A DNA stretch of 64,000 bases from the human T2T-CHM13v2.0 reference genome, Homo sapiens: NCBI RefSeq assembly GCF_009914755.1, contig NC_060944.1; one strand, 5' to 3'. Position numbers and translations under genes: made by a program. Every line of letters starts with the position of its first letter. Position 1 is the stretch's first letter. Below are positions 52,370 to 64,000 of this stretch, piece after piece. The notes beneath the pieces were generated by a model. That model saw only the letters and a program-made list of their open reading frames with translations. It made no database searches and was not told where the DNA came from.

Positions 52370-53036
52370 GTAGGCATGGCCCTGGCCCCAGCCCCGACCC
52401 CAGCCCTCCCACAACCAGGCAGGTAGGCCCTGGCCCTAGCCCTCCTACAGGCCCAGCACAGGTCCTGGGGTACCCACTGGGGCTTTAGTGGGGACTCAGA
52501 ACAGGACTGAGGGTGAGGCTGTTAGGGTTGCCTGAGGTCTCTCCACCCCACTCAGCCTTTCAGATGAGGGCCCCGAGGAGGACAGGTCACATGGCAGATA
52601 GGTGAGTGCAGACCCCAGGCCAGCCCTGCCCGTGCCTCGACCCTCTGCCACGGGTCAGTTCTGTATGGAAGCCTCTCGAAGCCGATTCCAGCGTGGTACC
52701 CTCTTTGCCCCTGGAGAGCTGTGCAGGTGCACGAGCTGTCTGCACCGGCAGCAGCCTCTCGGCTAGACCAGGGCCAGTCACGGCAGCCTTCAAACCTCAG
52801 CGGGCTGGAGGCCCATCTACACAGCCTGTCGAGCTTGGCCTCCTCATAGAGGCCAGAACTAGTTCTCCTTGTAGTCCTTTCAGCCGTCCCGCTCCCGCGC
52901 TGCTCCGCCGCCTGCACGCCTGGCTCTGCAGTGTCTTCTGCTTGGCTCCAGGCGTGCTCCTGGGCCGGCTCCTCACTTATCCCCTACTCTTGGTGTGGAC
53001 CCACCTTCAGCATCCCCCTCTCCCCTTTTCCCATGA

Positions 53037-53453
<417 letters not shown>

Positions 53454-53545
53454 TAGGCGTGTGCATGTGTGATGTGGCACGTTTATTTTAAGCAAAAGCC
53501 ATGTTTTTCTGTGTGCCCCATGCCAGGCCTCACGTGAGCAGGTGA

Positions 53546-53896
<351 letters not shown>

Positions 53897-54477
53897 TAAA
53901 GTATACTTACAAAAATTAAGATAGTATGTGTTAAATTTACACATGCATCTTATATGTCTAAGGACATTTAATTATGAGACAAACATGAAACAGAGACCCC
54001 CAAAGGTCAGTGTGAATATTTGCTAGGTTTAATAGATAATGAAACCTTAAGGAAAAACTAGGTTTCTAAAATTTTGTAATTTAATAAAGTAGGTATTTTA
54101 AAAACCAAAGGAACCACACATCCTCCTTTCCGATACAAAGCTCCTCCCGGGAATAGATCTCCTATTCCCAATGAGTAAGCCTCGATGGGGTGGAGGATCT
54201 GGGTGCGTTTGAGACACACATGGTAGGACAGAGGCTAGAGGCCACCCCCGCTGAGGACCCCTCTGCCGTGTGGGCACCACGGGAGGTGCTTCCCGGGGCT
54301 GTGGCTTCCCGGCTCCGAGATGGTGCATGGGAACTTTGCATCATCTTTCCTTGCCCCATTTTCCTCCTGCAGTTGTGATGCTCTGTGTTCCCCTGGTGGT
54401 GACCCGGAGTCCTCCGCTTGCACAACGCTTGGTCCTATTTATGAGCGGCAGTGAGACTCGCGGGTCACCCCCTCCCT

Positions 54478-54614
54478 TCCTCCCGCTCCACCACCCCCAC
54501 AGTCAGTTGCTGCATCGTCTTTTAGTGTTGGCCTTCAGGCTTTCCTCCTCCCGCTCCGCCACCCCCAGTCGTCAGTTGTTGCATCGTCTTCTATTGTTGG
54601 CCTTCAGGCTTTCC
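54478..54614. repeat. Two-copy tandem duplication, about 68-bp unit
   Basis: 54478-54545 and 54546-54614, both tcctcccgctcc.ccacccccA...gtcagttg.tgcatcgtctt.ta.tgttggccttcaggctttcc. Confidence 0.92.
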
Positions 54615-56451
54615 AGATGCTCCACTTCTGCTTGGTTGGTTCATTCGTTTTGAACGACACGCTGTGATTTCCAGCCGTTCACAGGAGGCAGCCAACAGGC
54701 TGGTGCTCGCTCCCACTGGTCTTCCCCCTTGCTCCATGTCTGTGTGTGCACGCATAAATGTATATGTGTGCATGCCTGTAAACATGTGTGCTTGTGTCTG
54801 TGCATGTACCTGTGGACCTGCGTCTCCTTCCCCCACTGTCAGAGCTCACAGCATCAATACTTTGCCCTTCCTCCTGTCCCCAGCTGTATCAGTTTGAGTC
54901 TGCTGGTGAGTATGTTCACTGCTTCTCATGGTCCTTCTGCAAAGTGCTGCCCAGCCCTGCTGGCCGCTTTGTGTCTAGTTCATGACTGGCTCATGGGAAC
55001 AACCTTCCCGAGTTCTTGCTTGTTCAAAACGGCCTGGACCCTTCACCATGAAGGTCGGTTTGGCTGAAGATGCCAGTCTTAACTCCACTTCCTTCCCCCA
55101 GTGCTTTTTAGGGCCCTACCGGGCACTGTCTGGAGGGTGGGTGTGTGTGCAGAAGTCTGGCGATGTCTGAGTTCTCGATCTCATCAGTGACTCACTGTCA
55201 TTGCCGTGTCTTGGTGTTGGCCGTTACAGGGCATTTTCGCCAATACTCCGGGTGCTTGTTGAACGTGTTGCTGGACTTCAGGGAAGTTGTCTGTTTGAAA
55301 CGTGTGTTTGGTTCTGTTTGGTTTTCTGCTTCTGGGCTGCAGTGTGGCGTGAGGTGGCTTTCTCTGGCCTTCTTCCTTGGTGCCTACTTCTCTCAGGACT
55401 TGGTTTGTCCTTGTCCTGTGGAGTGGCACTGCTCTCTGGAGTCTCTGCCGGCTGCACTCTCCTCCCGTGCCCTCTGCTCCTCTCCTCTGCTCTCTGCCCC
55501 CCTCCCTGAGGACTTGGCATTTGGCTCCATGTCTTTCCAAGTTGGTGGTCACCAAGGGTATGTGATTTGCGAAGGGGTTCACTCCCCTCCTGTGGCCTGT
55601 GGCGGGGCTGGGTGCTGACTTCCATTGCTACGTTGGTGTGAGCTGGATCACCTGGGGCTATTCGGAATAGGCTTCTCAGCCCTCCAAGGCAGCTCCTCTG
55701 CTGGGCCAAGGCCATGCTTCCCCAGCCTGTGGCTGCGCCTCTGCTGTCTCTCCAGGTCTCACCTGGGCGGGAGGCTCCTCTGGAGGCCAGGACCTGCCTT
55801 GTGAGGGTGCCCTTGTGGGAGAGGCGCTTGCCCAAACCTGCTGTTCCCCGGGGGCTCCTTGGTGGCCCCCAGGACTGGAGCTCTCTGCCCAGAGTGCCCC
55901 TCCCCAGAGGTTAGGACTCCCATGACCCTGTCCCCTGCCCACTGTGACCTGGGGTTTGCATGGTTTCCTTCTTTCCTAGTTGTGGTGAAATCATCACTTG
56001 TGTGTTTCGTTTTTCCTGTTCTCTGCTGATTTCCAGAAGTGACAAGATCCAGCATTTAAGGGGCAGCTGCATTCCTCCTGGAGCCTGGGGCTGGGTGGTA
56101 CACATCAGCCCGACTCCCTGCTGCCTCACCCAGGCCCGGCTCGCTGGTGAACGCCTGTCCAGGGTGGCCGCTCATCCCCTTTTTGTAGGAACCTCCCGTG
56201 AAATCTGCAAACAAATGACCTGGCGAGGACAGCCTGTTTGCTGGGCTGGCAGTGAGCCGGCCGTCATGGCTTGACCCTCCATCCACTTCTGTGAAGAACT
56301 TTGGGGGCCCTCACCCGCTGTCCCAGTGAGGCAGAGGGGAGACACGAGGTCTCACCCAGCGCCCCTGCAGGCTGATGGCACCACAGCCACAAGGCTGAGG
56401 TTGCCACTTTTTCTTTGTGTCATCCAAACAATGTGTTTAAAACACAATTTA

Positions 56452-57090
56452 AGGCCAGTGTGGTGGCTCACCCCTGTAATCCCAGTGATTTGGGAGGCTG
56501 AGGCCTGATGACTGTTTGATGCCAGGAGTTTGAGACTGGTCTGGGCAAAAAAGTGAAACCCCATCTGTACTAAAAGTGAAAAAATTAGCTGCATGTGGTA
56601 ACCTGTCGGTGCCTGTAGTCGCATCTACTTGGGAGGCTAAGGAGGGGAAGATCACTTGAGTCCAGGAGTCTGTGGCTGCTGTGAACCCGGATTACACCAC
56701 AGTACTCCAGCCTGGGTGGCAGAGCTAAACCTTAACTCTTAAAAACAAAAACAAACAACAACAAAAAAAACCCAAGAGTGGTAGAGTGCGAGGCGCGGTA
56801 GCTCACGCCTATAATCCCTGCACTTTGGGAGGCTGAGGCGGAAGGGTTGCTTGAGCGTGGGAGTTTGAAACCAGCCTGGGCAATGTAGAGAAACCCTCAT
56901 CTCTACAAAAAATTAAAAAATTAGCTGGGCGCAGTGGCACGTGCCTAGGATCCCAGCTACTCAGGAGGCTGAGGTGGGAGGATTGCTTGAACCTGGAAGG
57001 TAGAGGCTGCAGTGAGCTACGCTTACACCACCGCACTCCAGCCTGGGCGACAGAGTGAGCTGCTGTCTCGAGAAACAAAACCAAACAAAA
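56452..57090 (+). mobile_element. Two tandem AluJ-like elements (56452-56770, 56790-57090; intron 14)
   Basis: Two successive sense dimers with A-rich tails. Confidence 0.85.
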
Positions 57091-57513
57091 CCCACAAGTG
57101 TGCCCTTCATGTACAGGGGCCTTGAACACTGGTGACCAGACCCAAGGAGGCTCCTGTGTTGGGCTTTTCTGGAAACTGAGGTGCAGCTTTTCCTCTGAGC
57201 CCCGGGGAATAGCATCTTTGCTCGAGTCAGCTGCTGGGTTCGTCCATGGTCCTGGCTGGCCTTCCTCACCAGCGGGGAACCTAAGTGCAGACCTCAGGGT
57301 GGCCTCACTCCCTTGTAAGTGGCAGGTTCCTGGTGGGTGGGCAGGTGGGTGGCCAGTGGCCCTGTGCCACTGCCACCCGTGTCTCTGGGGCTTGAAGTAC
57401 ATGGCGGAGCGTGCCTGTCCTGCCTCAGGGTCGGCCTCTGATGCTGCTGGGCCCCAGCAGGGGCTCGTCCGGCTCGCGGTGCCTTGTGTGAGTCTCTTCC
57501 GTGTGTCCTGCAG

Positions 57514-57572
57514 GAATCAAGAGAGACCCGGCCAAGGCTTTTGTGCCCAGGACTGTTATGATTGGGGGCAAG
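57514..57572 (+). CDS. PYGB: PYGB exon 15
   Basis: acceptor gtcctgcag|GA; (R)IKRDPAKAFVPRTVMIGGK; donor AAG|gtgagt. Confidence 0.96.
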
Positions 57573-58452
57573 GTGAGTGACTTCCTCTGCAGTCCTCTCT
57601 GTGGTGTTTGGTCTGGGGATAGTGGGTGGGCAGCCTGCACGCTTCTCATGGTGCCACCACATCCATACTCGGGAACCGGATGCCCAGCGGTCACCGGCCC
57701 CTCTGGTATGCCTGTGGGGGTGGGGACCCTGTAGAGAGTCAGAATGGGATGGAAGCCTCCTGCCTGCCCAGCTCACTGGAGGGGTCCCCAGCCTAGAGGG
57801 CCAGTCCCCAGTGGGCTTGCTGGTGCCCACCTCAGAGAGGGCAGTGTCCTTTCTCTTTGTGCCCAGTGGGCACAGGGCGTTGTGGCTGCTTCATCACCTG
57901 CACATGCCCTGAGCATTGCCTGGTTTCAGTTCACTTTATTTACTATGACACATACTTTCAGAGTCCTAGATGTGCTGTCATCGAGTCCCAGGTCACATCG
58001 TCACACTCATCAGCCCTCTGCGGCCAGTGTCCCCACCTCCTGCCATGTTTCCCTAGTAGCTTGGTCTTTATCCAGAACTGTGGGGCTGCTGTGGGGTGCA
58101 GCGTCCTTAGGAGGGTCCTGCTGGAGCAGTGGCCCTAAGTGAGTCTGGACTGTGTGAGGCACCCCAGCCCTCCACGGCAAGGCCGGGGCCTGGGGTTGCT
58201 GGTGCCTGTGTGCAGCCTGAAGGCTGCCCTCTTGCTGCCTTCAGCGAGTGGGAAGCTGGTCAGAGGGGTGGGCACTCCTCTGGGCTCCGCCACCTCCTGG
58301 CACACCCCATTTGGTCTCTGTCCACTCCTGTCACCTGCTGTTTTTGAAGCAAATTTTGGAATTGTGTCATTTTATTTGTCAGTATTTCAGTATGTAAAGT
58401 CCATAGAGATACGGAGTTCGAAAAAGTTTTAAATGTTATTATGAAAATTTTA

Positions 58453-58755
58453 GGCCGGGCACGGTGTCTCACGTCTGTAATCCCAGCACTTTGGGAGCCA
58501 AGGCGGGTGGATCGCATGAGCCCAGGAGTTCGAGACCAGCCTGAGCAGTGTGGTGAAACCCCATCTCTACAAAAAAATGCAAAAATTAGCTGGGCGTGGT
58601 GGTTCATGTCTGTAGTCCCAGTTACTTGGGAGGCTGAGTAGGAGGATCGATTGTCCTGGGTGATTGAGGCTATAGTGAGCTGTGATTGCACTACTGCACT
58701 CCAGTGTGGGCAGCAGAGCCAGACCCTGTCTCAGCAAAAAAAAGAAAAAAAAAAG
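58453..58755 (+). mobile_element. AluJ-like element (intron 15)
   Basis: Sense dimer with A-tail. Confidence 0.85.
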
Positions 58756-59569
58756 AAGGAAACATTTGAACCTGGAGAAAAGCAGGAAGAACTGTAGCAA
58801 AACCATAAACCTGTCACCCAGACTAGCTGAAGCATTTCACAGTAAACTGCAGACACTCTAGCTCTTCACTCTTACATACGTCAGCATTCCTTTTCATAAA
58901 ATGATGTTTTCCACCAGAACCACAATGGGAGTAGACTGAAACATCACCACACAGTACCACCATCCGTCACACCTAAAGCATTGGACAGGAGTCCTCCGTG
59001 TCCTGAAATGTTCACTCGGGTACTTCATGGGTCCCCTGCCCAGTTGTCTTTGTAAAGTAACAGACATTTCTAAAAGTTGGTCTGAGTGAGGGCCCAGTGA
59101 GTCCTCACCTTGGACTGGCCGTGGTGTCTCAGTTCTCTGTAGGTTTTCCCCACAGTCTGTCTGTTACAGACATCGGGTTGTCTGTCCGCCGTAGCCTGGC
59201 TCTTTCCGAATGTGTCCCTCCAGTGTGTCCCAGTATGTCCCTAGGGACAGTTCTCTGTTTCCTGTCAGTCGGCAGCTCTAGAAATCCTGGTCTCTTTTAC
59301 CTTGTAATTTCTGAAAACCTAACAACAACCAGAAAACCAGACTTGAGGCGGACACGTTTCTGGATGTGGCGAGGTGGCCACCATCGTGAGTGCGCAGCAG
59401 AGCTGGGGCCTTGGGGCCGGGGAGCCTCCCTAGCTCCTCTACTGACCGTCCCGACGGCAGGTTCCTGTGGCTCTAGCCTCACCCCCCTACAGACCCCAGG
59501 AACCAGGAGCGCCTCCAAGGGCCTGAACAAGGCATTTTCGTGCTAAAAACCTTCACCCTCTCCTTCCAG

Positions 59570-59711
59570 GCAGCGCCCGGTTACCACATGGCCAAGCTGA
59601 TCATCAAGTTGGTCACCTCCATCGGCGACGTCGTCAATCATGACCCAGTTGTGGGTGACAGGTTGAAAGTGATCTTCCTGGAGAACTACCGTGTGTCCTT
59701 GGCTGAGAAAG
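59570..59711 (+). CDS. PYGB: PYGB exon 16
   Basis: acceptor tccttccag|GCA; [15 protein letters not shown]...[12 protein letters not shown]; donor AAG|gtaacc. Confidence 0.96.
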
Positions 59712-59967
59712 GTAACCCTGGAAGCCTGTGTTGGACAGGAAACTCACTCCTGCCGGGGAACGGGCGTTGTACTGGCCCTGGGCCTTTCATCCTCAGCCAG
59801 TTCAGCTCTGCCTGGACACCCAGACCTAGCCAGCCGGGCTGCAGGCGAGCAGGGAACGGCTTTAGGGAGTGCTCCCCGTGCAGTGCGGAGGACTCACAGT
59901 GCGTCCCGGGGCGCCTTGCATGTCACAGGCAGTGTCATCCCCCAACAGGGCACCCTTACTGCCGCGC

Positions 59968-60153
59968 CTGCCTGGCCTGCCCTCTGTATCCTCCCTCCCC
60001 TGCCCTCTCCTCCTGCCCCTCAGCCGTGCCTTCTGCCCTGGGCCCCTCTGCTGGCAGGACCTGCCTGGCCTGCCCTCTGTACCCTCCCTCCCCTGCCCTC
60101 TCCTCCTGCCCCTCAGCCGTGTCTTCTGCCCTGGGCCCCTCTGCTGGCAGGAC
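59968..60153. repeat. Two-copy tandem duplication, 93-bp unit
   Basis: 59968-60060 and 60061-60153 differ at only 2 positions. Confidence 0.95.
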
Positions 60154-61495
60154 ATGCACCAGGCCAGTGGGGTTGTGGGCCCCCAGCTTCCCCCAACTCC
60201 ACTGCCCCTCCTCCGCCCACATCCTTGCTCCTCACTGCCTGCCTGCTCTTGGGCCCACCAGTGATCTCAGGTGGCAGCACCTGCCTCATCTGTGCTTCCT
60301 GAGGGCAGCCTGGGCCAGTCCTGGGGAGACCCTGGGATGTGCTGCCATGTGCCCTGGAGCCCATCAGTTCCCACCCCTGTGGGCTCTACTGGGCAGGAAA
60401 GTGATTTGCCCACCAGATGGTGGGAGATCTGAGCCTGGCCTTCTCGTGCTCCCCTCCTGCCGCCGAGGGCCAAGGGCCCCCCCTAGTTCAGGCCGCCTGG
60501 GCTTCCCAGGCTGCCGCAGGTGAGAGGGCTGATCTGCTGTTGTTCTGCAAGCTCCGTGGTGCAGGGGGGGATCCCTGGGCACCGTCCCTGTGGCCTGGCT
60601 GCTGCCTTGGTGTCCATGTCGCTCCCCCTCTTTAGTGGTGCCTGGCAGGCGAGGTCCCTTGAGGCACTCACGGGCCGGCTTGCCTCCGGCTTGGCCAGGA
60701 ACTGTGGCTCGTCCTTCCCTGCTCCTCTGACCGAAGCATCTCCTCTCCCCCGTGCTGCCTGAGGCTCCCCTCCTCATATGTGTTTTGGGGCCAGCTGACT
60801 CCTGCTCATCTTTAGAGCAGGCCTTCAGGCACCTGGTCTGGAGTCTCGGTGCTGGCGTCAGGGCCCCGTTCTCCCCGGCAGTGTTGCTGTGGCTGACTGG
60901 GCTGCAGCCTGAGGTGAGGGTGGAGAGCAGGTTGTATAGTCACTGTGTGCACTCACAGCGTGTCTGGGAGCGGTGACCAGTCCTGAGGGACAGGCACAGA
61001 GAAAGCGCAGGGCCGTGGCATCTGGCAGCTGCTGGCGCCCAGGAGGTCGCCACCCCTCAGCCGCTCCAGCCTTCTGGCTCTATTCCGGTCTACATTCCTC
61101 CTGAAAGGATCCAGGGAGCCGCTGGGGCTGATCAAGGTCGCGGTGATCCAGGGAACGACATTGTCAGCGAGCCAGGACTGGCTCCTTGGCTAGGCCTGGT
61201 TTTGGGGAAGGTTTTGGTGCACAGATCCTATGCCACCTGGCTCCTGAGGAGCCCCCATCTTGGACCTTCTGCCTCAAGGATGCCCCAGTCACGAAGGGTA
61301 GCCCTGCAGAGGCGGGTGGCCGTGTCCAGCTTGGGCCCCTGTGGGAGCAGGGAGTGGGGGCTGGAGCGGGGCCACAGCATTGGTCCCTCCACGACCCAGC
61401 CCCGGGTGGATGGGCCGGCTTGTCCTGCAGTGAGCCTTGCGGCTGAGGACATTGGGGTCCTCACAGTGATCCCCTCCACGGGCTCCCCTCCACAG

Positions 61496-61703
61496 TGATC
61501 CCGGCCGCTGATCTGTCGCAGCAGATCTCCACTGCAGGCACCGAGGCCTCAGGCACAGGCAACATGAAGTTCATGCTCAACGGGGCCCTCACCATCGGCA
61601 CCATGGACGGCGCCAACGTGGAGATGGCCGAGGAGGCCGGGGCCGAGAACCTCTTCATCTTCGGCCTGCGGGTGGAGGATGTCGAGGCCTTGGACCGGAA
61701 AGG
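61496..61703 (+). CDS. PYGB: PYGB exon 17 (PLP-binding Lys681 codon at 61567-61569)
   Basis: acceptor cccctccacag|TG; (V)[43 protein letters not shown]...; donor AGG|gtgcga. Confidence 0.96.
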
Positions 61704-62212
61704 GTGCGAGCCTGTGCCCCTGGGCACCTGGCACCGTGAGGATGGAGAATGAAGGGTGTTGGGCTGGGGGCATTGGCTGGACTGGGCTCTTGGGGCCAGG
61801 CCACTGTGTGCTAGGATCAGTGCCCACCCAGGGCTGTGTGCCTGCCTGCAGGGGTGACCATTTCCAGGTGCATGGAATGGACGGGGTCTGGGCTGCGGGC
61901 GAGGCCCACGTGGGGGTGCTGGGCTGCTCCTGTCTCGGCTCTGAGGCTGAATCTGCGGAGTCCAGACCAGGGGCTCCTCCTCCAGGAAAGGCCTTTTCCC
62001 CTGGGGAGGGTCTCCTAGAGGGACACCCCCTGGGCACAGGCAGCCCCACAGAAATGGGCTGGGGCTGGGCAGGACCCCACTGCCAGGGGCGCTCTGCCGG
62101 GAGCACTCTGCTGATTTGGGGCTTGCCTGCTGTTGAGGTTCCCTGGTCTAAGTTGTAACCGTTAAAATTGTTTAAAAATAGTATTTTGGAAACATTTTAA
62201 ATGTGTAGGCCA

Positions 62213-62275
62213 GGGTCGGGGGGGTGGGGGAGTGGGGGGGATGGGGGGGTTGGGGGGTGGCAGAGGGGAGGAGGG
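62213..62275 (+). repeat. G-rich low-complexity tract (G-quadruplex motif)
   Basis: Runs G7, G5, G7, G7, G6 separated by 1-3 nt. Confidence 0.85.
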
Positions 62276-63247
62276 AATCCTGAAGACAGCACCCAGAGCT
62301 TCATCCACCTTATCCCCGCGCCCCTCCGTTGGCTGCACTGAGCTCAGAGCACTGGCCCTCCTGCAGCCCACACTCCATTCCGACTCCACCGGGGTTCTGT
62401 TACTGTCTTTCCCATCCCAGGATCCCATCAGGGCACTCCACTGTGTGTGGCCGTCAGGTCTCCCCAGTGTCATTTGGTCTGTGACAGCTTCTCAGTTTTT
62501 CCTTGTTCTTCATGATCTGGACGTTCATGAGGAATCCAGCACGGGCCTGATTCCAAGCGATAATTACAAAGAAAAGGCAGTGTTGCCTGATTGCCTTGAA
62601 GCACTGGGGAGCCTGTGAGGCCTTAAGTAGGGTCAGGTGAAACCACACATGCCATCTGAAGTCAGAGCTGTGCCTTGCTGGCCCGAGCACAGAGGCCTGT
62701 GCTCCCTTTCTGCGCCCTCACACAGCTTCTTCTGCCCGGGCCCCGTCCTGGGATGCCCATGTCTGCCCGTCTGTCCCTCTCCCACTTAGCTCTGCCTTGT
62801 CCTGTCTGGTCTTGCTTGCGTTTTTCCTTTTCCATCTTCGAGGTCCCAGCCAAGGTGCTCCATTTCACTTCCTGCCCCTCCGGCCGTCTGTTTTTCAAAA
62901 GCTCTGCCCAGGATTTCACAGTGAGCCAAGTTCTGAGTGGCCCTCTCCACTAGGAATGTGGCATCAGCCACTATGTCCTAGCAGATCTGCTAGTGATGAC
63001 ATTTCTTTAACAGTCAAAGGAGCAGGTGGGATTGGCTTTAGACTGACTTCACATCTCTGCTCGAGCAGGTCCCTGCTCAAGGGCCTCGTAACCACCCATG
63101 GCCACTGGCTGCTGCCCTGGACCGTGCAGGCCTTGAGCTCCCAGGGCCATCCTGGGGCAGGGGCTGTGCCAGGCACCAACATGGCTTGTTCTCCAAGGTG
63201 GCCCACCTGGGGCGCTGGCTGCTGACTCCTGGCCCATCGCCTCACAG

Positions 63248-63382
63248 GTACAATGCCAGGGAGTACTACGACCACCTGCCCGAGCTGAAGCAGGCCGTGG
63301 ACCAGATCAGCAGTGGCTTTTTTTCTCCCAAGGAGCCAGACTGCTTCAAGGACATCGTGAACATGCTGATGCACCATGACAG
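63248..63382 (+). CDS. PYGB: PYGB exon 18
   Basis: acceptor cctcacag|G; (G)[44 protein letters not shown](R); donor CAG|gtggga. Confidence 0.96.
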
Positions 63383-64000
63383 GTGGGACCGACTTCCCTG
63401 GTTGGGTGGCTGGGAGGGAGGGAGGGAGGGAGGGGTCCTCTTCGTGGGTTGGATATTCCACCTTGTTTGGAGAGCAAAACCCGTGCTTTCAGGACGTCTT
63501 CTCCACTGTGCCCATGAGACCTTACTGGGCAGAGCCTTAGACCCCAGCTGGGAGTTTGCGATGGCCTCTGGCAATGCCAGGGGGCCCTGGGCAGCGAGAC
63601 ACAGCAGCACAGTCCAGCCCCCAGGCCTTGTGGACCAATGTGCTGAGCAGGAGGGGGTGTCCTCTGCTGGTTGGAGGTCCCAGGGGCAGCCGTGTCCCAG
63701 CAGGCCAGTAGAGGGAGCATGGGCCCAAAACTCCCTGGGGTGGGGTAGGGGGCGCACAAGGGCTGCGGAACCGCGGCAGGCGTCAGTGCCAGTGACAGGC
63801 AGTGGTGAAAATGGATTTCACTTGCAACGATGTGACATTATAATGTAGTTAGTGTTTTATTTCAGTGCAGTTAGCACATGGTATGGTTTATCTAGAGTTA
63901 CAGACTTTGTAAGGTTTGCAGCTCAGGGCAGTTCTTCACCGTTGGCAAAAGTTGAATCCGGCGAGGGCTGGGAATTCACCTGCCCTCCACTTTCAGCTGC

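Noticed and set aside
63383-63848. Read-through of the exon 18 frame into intron 18 (220-aa ORF)
   Set aside because: Phosphorylase similarity ends at the donor; the remainder is GC-rich intron with no poly(A) signal seen in the window.

Overview
Primate (very probably human) genomic DNA. The window holds about 17 kb of repeat-rich upstream sequence, then the CpG-island promoter and coding exons 1-18 of PYGB (brain glycogen phosphorylase) on the + strand. I assembled the exons by hand at GT-AG boundaries. They give 2312 nt of uninterrupted reading frame (codons 1 to about 771), including phospho-Ser15 and the PLP-binding Lys681. The last exons lie beyond the window. Upstream are three younger ERV solo LTRs with intact target-site duplications (one HERV-H LTR7B-like, two HERV-K LTR5 in inverted orientation), plus MaLR/ERV1 LTRs, many Alus and old L1 pieces. 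Intron 2 holds a 5'-intact, 3'-truncated sense L1PA. I see no evidence for a new protein-coding gene or a wholly new system; nearly all other ORFs in the track are repeat- or GC-derived noise. The most unusual observations are: (1) a locally duplicated L1 fragment whose two copies carry Alus of different subfamilies at the same site; (2) a 20-bp GC-box promoter tandem repeat whose copy number would set the frame of an upstream ATG; (3) duplicated 'echo' splice sites at exon 13 and exon 17 that would create premature stops; (4) an inversion-prone LTR5 pair. Repeat subfamily names come from recalled consensus motifs and need RepeatMasker/Dfam confirmation.
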